Below, piece after piece: positions 18,172 to 29,900 of a stretch of DNA of 64,000 nt. Under the pieces are notes generated by a model, which was not told the DNA's origin, searched no databases, and worked only from the letters and a program-made list of their open reading frames with translations. Position 1 is the first letter of the stretch; the number at the start of each line of letters is the position of its first letter. This stretch comes from a virus. The position numbers and the translations under genes are program-made. The stretch covers positions 32,001 through 96,000 of the IMG/VR virus record IMGVR_UViG_3300045988_100778; one strand, 5' to 3'.

Positions 18172-19217
18172 TGGCAGGAGGAGCACCAAGAATAAGCAGT
18201 AACAATTTGCCGCCTATAATGAAGGGGTATATAATGATACCTACGGATGTAGGTAGGGAAGCGTATATAGATACGGTATTCAGAACGAATATAGTTGCCG
18301 TGATGATGGAAGGCGGTATATTCCGTAATGATGCACGTATTACCAACGAGGCTATCAATAACATATGGTTTCCCGAAAAACCGGGTGAGAAGGGATGCCA
18401 GGTAATGATAGCGAGCAGCGATTTTCTTAACCAGCCTACAGTCATAGGCACCTTTATAGGGAATGATGAGGTTCCGGCATGGAGCGAGGATGTTATACGG
18501 ATGAAAAAACAGGTGGAAGGAGTAACTATGTCTATGACGATAGACCCACGCAACCAGGAATGGAACATGAACCTTACCTCTATAGAGAAGCCCGTAAATT
18601 TCAACGTTACATTAGGAGGTAACGAAAAACATAAGATAAGATTGCAGAGTTCGGGAGAAGCCGAGATAGTGGCTTCCAAGAAGGTGAAGGTAACCGGATA
18701 TAACGAAGTCATTGCGGAAGTCGTTAACGTGGTCGAGGACGTGAAAGAAAAGGATAAGGAGATAAGGCGTTTTACTATGAACATGGAGGGAGCCAATTTT
18801 ACGTGGAAGACCCAGGACAAGACAACCGTAATAAAGGCCGACCCTAACACTGTGGATGTTAATTTTCACGACGGGAAAAGCCATATGACTATAGACGATA
18901 ACGGTGTGGTATTGGGTTATGACAACGATACGGAAATGATTCAGTTAACGCAGAATCTAATAAAGCTTATGACCGGACAGAAGGTCAACATAAACAATGC
19001 GAAGGAGCCTTTAACACTGGCGAACACTTTGATACAGCTATTGAATAATGTGGAGAACCAGATAATGACGCTAAAGAACGCATGGCAAACAGCGCTTGCA
19101 GGTTCAGCAGCGATGGACGGGGGTAAAGCCGGATTCGGTGCCGGGGTCGGTGCGGTAGCGGCAGTTAACCCATTGCAGTTTGATGGAATAAAAAGCACGG
19201 TAACTTTTTCGGATTGA
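18171..19217 (+). CDS. baseplate hub/central spike candidate
   Basis: 348 aa, beta-rich repetitive middle, Gly/Ala-rich C-terminus; synteny only. Confidence 0.3.
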   Translation: MAGGAPRISSNNLPPIMKGYIMIPTDVGREAYIDTVFRTNIVAVMMEGGIFRNDARITNEAINNIWFPEKPGEKGCQVMIASSDFLNQPTVIGTFIGNDEVPAWSEDVIRMKKQVEGVTMSMTIDPRNQEWNMNLTSIEKPVNFNVTLGGNEKHKIRLQSSGEAEIVASKKVKVTGYNEVIAEVVNVVEDVKEKDKEIRRFTMNMEGANFTWKTQDKTTVIKADPNTVDVNFHDGKSHMTIDDNGVVLGYDNDTEMIQLTQNLIKLMTGQKVNINNAKEPLTLANTLIQLLNNVENQIMTLKNAWQTALAGSAAMDGGKAGFGAGVGAVAAVNPLQFDGIKSTVTFSD

Positions 19218-19255
19218 TAATTATTTCGTATTTTTGAAAACGATAAGAAAAGATT

Positions 19256-20032
19256 ATGGCAAACGTCGCGCAGGCAGCAATACAAAAAGCAGGGTCTTTG
19301 ATAGAGACGGCTGGAAGAGCTATATTAGCATCTCAATTTCCGAACGATTTTGAGGTATATCTCTGTACACTTGAACTGGCAGATTCAAAGAATAATACGA
19401 TAGATTTTTTCACATTTCCCATCACCCCGAATGCGATAAGCAAGACGGAAGCGAAGAGGGAAAATATAAGGAACACGGCAGGAGGCGTAACGGTATTGTC
19501 TTCTCCTACCTTTGTACCACAGGACATTACAATAAGAGGCGATTTTGGACGAACATTTAAATTGCTATTGTCGCTTGGTGGCGGTGCGTCAAGTCTGGCA
19601 GGAGCGGCCTATAGTCTATCGGCTGGGAAATGGAGTTTGAGCGATATTTCGGGGAAAAATACGAACTCTTTGAAGTCAGCTTCGTTCGACCCGTCCGTCA
19701 AGAACGGGTATGGATGTACGAAAATATTACAAGCTATCATATCAAAAAGTAATGGTGTGGATAAGGACGGTTTGCCATTTCGTCTTTACTTCTATAATAT
19801 GGCTTTGGGTGAGAGTTATTTAGTGACTGTCCCTCCTACTGGATTGGTACTGAACCAAAGTTTACAGCGTAATATGATATGGGAATATTCGCTTACAATG
19901 ACAGCGATAGCCCCTATAGAAGCGGTGGCAGGAGAACAGAAAGCAAAAACAGCACTTACTAAAATTTGTACGGCCGCAGCAATACAGAAAGGTGTGAACG
20001 ATTTGGCGGCTTCTTTAGCAACGTTGTTATAA
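19256..20032 (+). CDS. baseplate protein candidate
   Basis: 258-aa ORF between the tape measure and baseplate J; synteny only. Confidence 0.3.
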   Translation: MANVAQAAIQKAGSLIETAGRAILASQFPNDFEVYLCTLELADSKNNTIDFFTFPITPNAISKTEAKRENIRNTAGGVTVLSSPTFVPQDITIRGDFGRTFKLLLSLGGGASSLAGAAYSLSAGKWSLSDISGKNTNSLKSASFDPSVKNGYGCTKILQAIISKSNGVDKDGLPFRLYFYNMALGESYLVTVPPTGLVLNQSLQRNMIWEYSLTMTAIAPIEAVAGEQKAKTALTKICTAAAIQKGVNDLAASLATLL

Positions 20033-20046
20033 AAGGAGGATAAAGG

Positions 20047-20964
20047 ATGGATGCAGTAATGGAAACGGCATACGCCAAATTCAAGAATATTACAGGGTAC
20101 GACATAAAGAAGTTCTTCCAGGATTATGTTGATTTTTGTAATAATCATTACCCCTATATAGTGGATTATTACCAGGGAGGAGAACTGAATGCAGAATCAT
20201 TCTATCAGTTGGATAAGATGATAGCGCAAATTAATATCGTAGAGCCTATGTTCCAGCTTCACGAAAACAAGTTGGACGATATTTCTATGTGGGAAATATT
20301 AGACAACTTTTCGGAAGTGGAAACAAAGATATTGACAATAAAAAATTCTGACAGGTGGTTAAGAAGCGCAACCATAGGAAGACAGAACACCCTACAACTT
20401 GACAAGCAGTTAAGGACAGGAGAAACATTCGAGAATGTTGCGGAAGAAATTGCAATGACAGACCCGGAAGACGACTGGACTTCTATAACTACACCACAAT
20501 ACATCATAGAAGAAGATTATGAAGCAGGACGGGGAAGTAATACATTTGCCGTGAATCTTCGGAATGTCGGTGTGAATTATGTGGATAATGTGGTAGATAC
20601 GCTTGTAGGGGAGAATGTGTTAGGCAAAGACATAGATACCGAATTCGAGTTTAAGAATGACGATTTGAAGGTGAAGAAATTCGGTACGTCTATGGAACAA
20701 GCGTTGAAAATTATATTGGAAGCCTTGAAAGGCTGTATTCCGGAATTCAAGGATTACGGGTTACCATCCGATTTTATCGGACAGACAACGAACGCAATAC
20801 AATATCCGGTGATATTTAAGGCTCTTATGAACATGTTCCAAAGGGATAACCGATGGGCGAGTGCAGAGCTTTTGGATTTGGTAAAAAAAGAAGACGCGGT
20901 ATTTATGAAGGTAAAGGCTACAACCGTGACGAGAGAAGATTTTGTTATTAATGTTCCTATTTAA
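20047..20964 (+). CDS. baseplate wedge protein candidate
   Basis: 305-aa ORF immediately upstream of the baseplate-J domain gene (the position of gp25/W-like proteins). Confidence 0.3.
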   Translation: MDAVMETAYAKFKNITGYDIKKFFQDYVDFCNNHYPYIVDYYQGGELNAESFYQLDKMIAQINIVEPMFQLHENKLDDISMWEILDNFSEVETKILTIKNSDRWLRSATIGRQNTLQLDKQLRTGETFENVAEEIAMTDPEDDWTSITTPQYIIEEDYEAGRGSNTFAVNLRNVGVNYVDNVVDTLVGENVLGKDIDTEFEFKNDDLKVKKFGTSMEQALKIILEALKGCIPEFKDYGLPSDFIGQTTNAIQYPVIFKALMNMFQRDNRWASAELLDLVKKEDAVFMKVKATTVTREDFVINVPI

Positions 20965-20976
20965 ATATATTCAAAA

Positions 20977-23900
20977 ATGATTACTAAGACAGCGAATACG
21001 ATTGCAAATTTAAAGAATTTGTGGATTGAAATGTTTTTAAACAAGACCGACCGTGTTTCAAACATTGCGGACGGTTCTGTACTTAATGGCGTCGCTTATG
21101 GTACCGCAAAGGTGGCGCAAAAAGCGATAAAGGATATTGCCATAGTGGAGGCGCAGATTTTCCCAAAGTCGGCAACAGGCGATTATCTGGACAAATCGGC
21201 CGCGTTGTTCGGTGTAAGTCCGAGAAAAGAAGCGCTTGGCTCCTCTACTTATGTACGTGTTTTTGCCGAGCCTGGCACGCATTATGAGGTAGGAACAAAG
21301 TTTATTTCAAAGAACGGAGTGCAATTTACTGTAGACCAACCTTTTACGGTTGATAAGTCGGGATATGGATATATCAGTGTAAGAAGCGTTATCACTGGGT
21401 CTGCTACCAATGTGGAGGCAAACAGTATTACGGAAGTATCGCCAAGACCATTGACACATATAGAGTGCACGAATGAATATGCGGCTATCGGTGGACGTGA
21501 TTATGAGGACGACGAGACATTCAGAAACAGAATAATAAATTATAATAACAAGCTTTCCACTGACACTATGGAAGGCTGGACGCAAATATTCCAGGATTTA
21601 GACCCGCGCATTTTAAAGGTAATGAATGTTGGGCTGGGTGAGGACGGAAAGACACACATTTACCTTGTAACCCAAAACGGGTCTTTCTTTACGGATGATG
21701 AATTGGAAGAATTGCTTACAAAAGCTACACCCTATTTCGGACTGACCGAACTTGACTTGCAAGGGAATACGCTTGGAATTGTGATAGAAAATGCAAAATG
21801 GATGTATGTAGGCGGTGAAGAGGGGGTGGATTTCCGTGTGGAATTGTCGCCTAATGCAGTGATTGCGGATGTAAGAAAAAATATCCAGATTGCAATGACG
21901 AAGTATCTGGATTTCCGTTTCTGGGAAGCAGGCAAAAAGGTAGAATGGGATGATTTGCTGGAAGTGGTGAAGACTGCGGAAGGCGTTAAGTATGTACCGG
22001 ACGAATATTTCTTTCCCTATTTTGACGAAGAGGTGCCTTTGAACATGTTGCCGCGTATCAAGGGATTCAGAATGCGAGACTTGGAAGGGAATATTCTGTA
22101 TGATTCGGGCAGCAGTTTGTCCAATATTTTTTATCCGGCAGGAGAAAGCGACATATATAAAGGTTCTCAATCGGTTATAGCGTCACAGAAATATTTGTGT
22201 TCATTTACCGTAACCAATACCAAGAATGTAGCCGTACCGGGCGCATATATAACAATAGGAAACAAGGTAATCATTACGGACAGTAACGGTACGGCAAACA
22301 TTCTTTTGGAAAATGGGGAATACACATACATATTGTCAAAAACGAACTGGACACAGAAGACAGGGGAGTTTGTTGTTCTGAACAATCCTATTTACATAAA
22401 CATAAATGATTTTATTGCAACACCCTATCCGGTTACGTTTACTGTATATGAAGGTGAAGCGCCCTTGCAGGGAGTGACTGTAACTACAAGCGTTTACACG
22501 TCAGAAACGGACGATAAGGGGCAGGCAGTCATTAACCTGGAGCCGGGAACCTACGAATACAAGCTTGAAAAGTCGGGTTTCCAGACCATAGAAAGCGTAT
22601 TTACGGTCGAAAATCAGCCAGTAGACATATTTCAAAGAATGTTTCTTACAAAAATGAATGTAAATTTTGCTGTAATTGACAGAAACAGAAGTATTTACAT
22701 TCCGGAAGCAAACATCACAATAAATGACATAAAGGAAAAGACGGATAACGAAGGGCAGGCAAGTATGGGATTGCAAACCGGGAAATACGAAATGAGGGTT
22801 GCAAAAGAAGACTATCAAGACCTTGTAAAGGAAATTGAGATTGTTGGGGAAGACCCTAATTGTATTCTCGTCGAAATGACGGCAATTCCGTATGCGATAA
22901 AGTTTACGGTGCTGGATTCTGCTACCCACATGGTTCTGGAAGGAGCAACGATAAAGATAAATGGTTCTACCTATCTGACCGACAAGGAAGGTATAGCGAT
23001 TATAAGTTTGCCGAACGGAACCTATGAATATACGGTTTTCAAGTCCGGTTATATGTCCGTTAATGATTTTGTAGTGGTGGAAGGTTCGGAAGTTTCTAAA
23101 ATTGTGGAATTGGAACAAGCTTTCTATACATTCCGCTTGACTGTACGGGACATTGAAAACGGTAACTATATCCAGGGTGCAGAATTGCAGATAAACGGAG
23201 AGACGCGTGTAACGAACGTCAACGGTGTTGCAAGCGTAACACTTGGAAACGGTGACTATGAATATACGGTAACGCACAGAAACTATAAGAGATATACCGG
23301 AACTGTGACTATCAAAGACCAGGACGTGCCGGAAACAATTTACTTGGAATTGAGAGATACGGTAATAACATACACTGCAACGGACGCGATAACGAAGGCT
23401 CCTATTTCCGGCGTATATATCGAATTGATAAACAAGGGAACTGGAATTAAGGTGGATTCCGGTTACACGAATGATATAGGTGTATTGCAGCTTGGAGCGG
23501 AAGCAGGGGAATATACTTGGAATGCGACACACAGATATTATGATGCGGTAGAAAACCAGTCGATAACGCTTGAAAAATTGAAGGATATAGACCTTCCCTT
23601 TACTATGACAAGAAGGGAAATCGAACCGGAAGTTGACGTAATAGAGAATATCCCCGGTGTGTCCGGTGATGCTACTACAGTAAGGTTCAGTGGTGAAAAT
23701 ACGGCTGAGACGTTATCTAATGACAGTTATTATTACATAGTTCATACACCGGAAAACTTCGTTATTCCTAACAAAGGGGTGACGTTTGATTTGATGGAAC
23801 ATGTAAAAACTTTTCGACGTGCAGAAATTGGCGGTGAGGACGAGCCATACGATTTTGCAAGTGGAGGTGCAGAATTGGTATTCAACGTATCGAATGACGA

Positions 23901-26900
23901 AATAGCTTCTTTGGAAGGTACGATGTTGACAGTGCAGCCGAATGTGACACGTGATGCACAGCCGAGAACTTTCTATGTGGATGTGACGATAACGACTCCG
24001 GTAAGCCAGGTGACTGTAAAGATAACTGCTGAACAGAAAGCTGCTCTGAACTTCAATCCGGTTAAGGACGGAATTGTCGTTTCGGTAAAAAATATGTACA
24101 ATGATAATGTACGGGAATATACGACGAACGCGGCAGGAAAGATATTTCCGGAAGTGATGTTGGGTATTGACTATCAGTTGACAATAAAGGAGAAAGGTTT
24201 CTACGAGAACAACGGCTTGCTGATTAAGAACTGGGGCTTCGGTGCGAGTGTACCTACACTGATGGAAATAACGGCTTCAAAAAGGCTTGAATTGAGAGTA
24301 AAACAGCAGAATACCCTAAGACCGCTTGAAAATGCGACTATAAAGGTGTCCGGAATGTCACTGCCTCAAACCGTTACGTCCGGAAGTGATGGTTCGGCAA
24401 GAGTGTACATTTCACCTATTGCAATGAGCTATGAGTGTACAGTAACAGACCATACGAAAAAGACTGGAACATTCACACCCCCGTTGTCGGCTGATTATAT
24501 GGATATAATCATGGGTTATGCTGCAATGACATTCAGTCTGACATTAACAGCAAGTAACCCCTATTCCAAGGCGGCAGAAAGTTGTCCGGTAACGGTTACG
24601 AGTGCATGGAGCGGAACATCTTCACAATCATATAGTTTTTCTGGAACAACGGATGCAAGCGGACAATTGACATCACAAGGAAATGGAAATTTCAATATAC
24701 CGCCTGGAAATTATACGATAACCTATGGAGGTGGAAACAGTAATTTCGACGGTAAGACAGAAAATATCTATCTGCCTACGGACAAGACGCATTCAGCAGT
24801 ATTAACAAGAAGAACGAAATCAGTCACATTCACGGTAAAGGAAATAATACCCTCTATTTCGACTACAGCATCAAATCCGGTAAAGACAGGTCTTGTGCTT
24901 GCATGCTATTACAACGACAATAGTACATCTTCGGGTGCGAATGTAACGACGAATGCAAGCGGACAATTTACAAAAACAGTGTATGCAGGAATTGCAGAAC
25001 GTTTCCAGGTGCAACCAATAGGATTCTATTCTGGAAACGGTGCAATAGCTACAGTCAATTATAAAGATGCAAACACAAAAGACCTTGTATATACATGTTC
25101 AAAGAGAATTCCGGTATATATCACATCCAATCTGTATGGTGAGTTAAGTGGCGCATCAGTGACGTTCAACGGAATGTCTGTGAACCAGACAGGAACGACC
25201 AATACGGACGGGATAGTGCAAATGTACATATCTCCGGTAAATATGTCTTACAGTGTAAGCAAGCAGCATTACAATACCAAGACTGGGAATTTCAAGCCTA
25301 CCGGAACAGAAACAAGAATGGATATTGAATTGGAGGCGAAGGAGTACCCGGTCACTTTCCATGTGTCAACACAAGGAGTTTTGCCACCGGACGGAATTTT
25401 GGTACGTGTGACAAACAACGCATTGCCGGACATTGTATTTGAGGGCGAGACGAATGTGGAAGGAACGATAGTCATGCCGAATGTTCCGGTAGGAGAATAC
25501 ACCTATGATGTTCTTGCAGGTGAGGTTTCATCCGACACATTCTTCCATCCTCAAAGTGAAAGTGGTACAGTGTTGGATGTAGAAGTGCAATATGAATTGA
25601 TTAACGCAGGTATTCAAGTTTCGGAGGTGTATGGTACGGCAGGAAGGGCGTATCTGTCAAATCAGACTATTACAATGACTTCCAAGGCAGGAACGATAAA
25701 GCTTACTTTGGATGAGAACGGTTATACCAATCAGTTATTAATAAAGGGATTGGAATACACGTTTACGACTGATTCATACCCGGCTTTTTATAGCAACCCG
25801 ACACAATCCTATACATGGACCGAAGACGGTGTGATATGGCCGTTCAACTTGAATGTGACCTCAAAGATAACGGTCAATGTAAAGGATGTATATGTGAAAA
25901 ACAATATCCAGGGAGTAACGGTAGCTTACAACGAACAGATAGTGACGACGGATGCAAGCGGTAACGCTTCATTGTTCCGGTCAGCACTGACAAAGGACTA
26001 TTCTTTGGATAAAGAGGATTATAGTACAGTAAATGGAACCATTGCACCTACCACGGCTTCACCACTCAATGTCACGATGTTGAGAAACAAACATGTAGTG
26101 ACGGTACAGCAGTATGAAGTAATACCAGGTGGTGCGAGTGTAATTTTGGACGGTGGTTATAATTTTACTCTTAATTATACATCAGCAGCAGGAAACGGAA
26201 CTATTAGTAGTGGTACAAATACATTTGAGGCATATATCGGCATTCCTATCACATTTGCAATAGTAGCAGAGAACAGAAGGGTATTTTATAGTAATCCAAC
26301 TCAAACCCATACATTTACATCGGCAGGTGAGAAATGGAACATGAATCTTACTTGTGCGAAACAGATAACCGTAAATGTGAAAGACAATGTGCCTGGCGCG
26401 AATGTACAGGGAGCTACGATAAACTATTTTACACAGACAAAAACGACGGATGCGAGCGGAAACGCAGTCTTTTATTGGAGTGGTTCAGACCCACGTAATA
26501 TATCAGTAAGTGCTTCAAATCTGGAATCTTATACCGGACAGATAGCTTACAATTCACCAAATCCGTTCAATGTTGTAATGACACGTGCAGCCAATCCGGT
26601 TACACTTGTAGTAAGAGAAATAACGCCAGCACAAACAACTTATTATCAGAACTTACAGATAAAATACACGGTAGGAAGTGCAACCGGAACACTTACTACA
26701 AATGCGAACGGTGCAGTGACATTCAATGGATATATAGGTACGGAAATGACGTTTACGGTAGTGGGACATCCGGAATTTTACAGCAACCCGACACAGAAAC
26801 ACACCTATACAGCCGCCAATCAGTCATGGACTATGGATTTGACGGTAACAGCAAAGATAACGATTAATGTCAAATCGAATGTACCGAGCGGAACAAATTT

Positions 26901-29900
26901 GAGTAGAGCTACCGTATCATATTTTCATCAGACAGGGACAACGGACAATAGCGGTAATGTATCATTGTATAGGAGTTCTGTAACAAGAAATGTAGATATT
27001 ACAGCGACATATCACGGTAATTATAGAGGCAGTATAACGTCAGACACCGCGTCTCCGTTCAACGCGGTAATGACGCGTTCAACCGCGACAGTAAGTCTTG
27101 GAGTGAGTGAAGTTGTTCGGGTTACTCCTAAATACATGCTCGAAATCACTACGGATGCAAGTTCTGCTGTAACTCCTAGATTAGGTGGCTTCTATTTTGG
27201 TACACCAACAGCAGCAAATAAGGAGTTTGTGGCGTATTTTAGAGCAAAGATTCCGGCTGATAGAAAGCTTATTTTTGCAAGTAATGCAACAGGTGACAAC
27301 CCTATAAGAAAATGGGTTAATTCAAATGACGGAAAAGGAACAGGAGGATGGTACACTTATGCCTACTATGTAAGATGCGGTTCTACTGGAAGGTTTTCAA
27401 CAACCAATTTTTTCTATATAGAGGGTGGAAGTAGACCGATTACATGGTATCTCGAAATGGCAACGGTATTCGACATAACCGGAAGCAATGTTCAGAATAA
27501 ATCGGATGCCGAGATTTTAAGTAAGTGTACTTTTGATAGAATGTTGTCTGGCAATAAAGACTTTTTGTTCAATGAAGGCTCGAACAGAATAAGATGGTAC
27601 AATAATTCTAATACAAATGCTGTAACAGTGACAAGAAAGGCGGCTTCTGGAACAGACACGTTTAATTTCACGATGGCAACTTATGCGTCTATGAAGATGA
27701 ATTTCAGTCCGGCAGCTTCTACAAGTCCTTTGACACTTGATACAAACGGTAATGTGTCTTTTGTATGCTATTTAGGTACGCCAGTAACATTCACACCGAC
27801 AACAAGAGCTAATTATTACAGTAATCCAAATACTGCACTGACTTATACAGCAGCAGGACAGTTCCAGGGAATATATCTGATTTGTAACCAAAAGATAACC
27901 ATTAATACAGTAGCGAATATCTACAATACAAGTAATGCACTTGCAGGAACGATAACCTATTTCGGACAGACACTTCCGTCTGGAGGAAGCTTCTATAGAA
28001 GCGGATTAGACAGACAAATGACCGCCACGGCACAGTATTTCAACAACTACGTAGGAACAGTTACCGCCACACAGACATCACCCTATACAGTGACGATGAA
28101 CAGGACGACAAGAACAGTAACATTGATTGTTAGGGAATCAGTAGGTAGCAATGAATATACATTGAGTAATGCGGTGATAGTAAGAAGTGTTCCGTCTACT
28201 TCAAATGCTCCGGCAGGAGAAATAACACTGGACGCAAACGGAAAGAAAACGAATACTGTATATGCAGGTATAAGCTACACCTATACACCAAAGAATTACG
28301 CAAGCTATTACAGCAATGCAAGCCAGGGTCATACATGGACGAGTGAAAACGAGCAATGGATTATGACATTGAATGTGACGGCACGTCTGACATTCAACAT
28401 AAAGAGTTCTAATTATGGGACAAATATAAGTGGAGTATCATGTTCCTATTTAGGACAGACTGGAACGACTGATTCCAGTGGTAACTGGACTGTATACAGA
28501 AGTGGTATAAGTAGAAGCTACTCATTCTCGAAAACAAATTACAATGCGTTATCCGGTACATTATCGGCAGCACAAGCAAGTCCGTTGAACTTGAAAATGA
28601 GTGAGACAAGTTCTTCTATCACTATAACAATAAAGGACTATTATCAGAGTGCCGTAAAAGGAAATGCGAACGGATGTCCGGTAACGCTGACGAACAAGAG
28701 CCTTTCTTCTATCACGTTCACGGGAACGACAAACAGTAGCGGACAGGTGAGTTTCGGACCCATGATAGCAGGTTCATATACATTGTCATGGGGTGGAGGA
28801 ACAAGTTATTGGGTAAATGGAAGTACCACGATAACAATGCCTACAGCAACAACTACACAGAATGCTGTAAGATTGACGAAGATTGTAGGTAATGTATTTT
28901 ATTTCCAAACACCAGCTACAGGAACGGCATTCAAATATTGGGCCGTAAATACTTTATTGAAGCCAGTATATACCACTGGAGGAGTGGCGACAACAGTAAC
29001 TTTGGTAAAATCGGGTGCGACATATTATGATATAGGAAACTACACGTACATTGCAGGTATAGCAACGACAATAAGTACGGCAGTAGCGACATATTTCAGA
29101 ACCGGAAGTTCTACCAACACTGCTTCCGTATATTCTGTCACTCCTACGTACAACTTTAACAATATACCGGGTGTCACAAGTTCAGCGCCTTTATGTTCGT
29201 ATGCGATAAAGGGTATTGTAGTGACTGTACAGAACAGCTATACAAATGCGGCTGTAAATGGAGCCACAATAAAGATGTATGGTATAAACGGTAGTAATGT
29301 TGTTGGAGGCGCAGGAGATGGTGCAGTACAGACTGTAACGACAAACAGTGCAGGACAGGCGACAGTATATATATCTGGACTGACAAACAGATACATAGTA
29401 AGTGCGACAAGATACGTGACATTAAACACCACCAACACGAACACCTCTAACTTTACAATCAAGCTGGTACCGTCGGAAGTGACAATAACAATAAACGTAA
29501 ACAACGCGAGTACAGGTTCAAGAGTAGGAAGTGGTGTAATAGTGAAGCTGTCAAGTAACAACACCAGCACGACATATAGCGGCACTACAAACTCGTCCGG
29601 ACAGGTGGTACTGAAGATAAAGCCGGGCAATTATTGGTGGGAAGCAGGAGGTAGCACGACCTGGGGAGGAAACGGAACAGGAACATGGAATTATCCGAAC
29701 CGTTCCACTACCTCAATCTCTCTCATCAAAGACCAGTCCATAACAATAGAGGCTCTAAAGGTAGGGGTGTGGGTTGATAGTGGAAGTGTGTATTTTGGAT
29801 TTAAAAATAACGAAAGTTTTTATACTGGTATAAATAGAGAAAATGGAGGGTCTGATTATATAGCTCATATCGGCAGTAGTCAAGCATTTATGATGAATAT

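Noticed and set aside
22501-23532. 343-aa reverse-strand ORF (and 21613-22170, 18029-18850, 8536-9180, 34531-35019, 61771-62325 on the - strand)
   Set aside because: All are fully nested antisense within long, motif-supported + strand genes. Their composition is biased and they lack start contexts.
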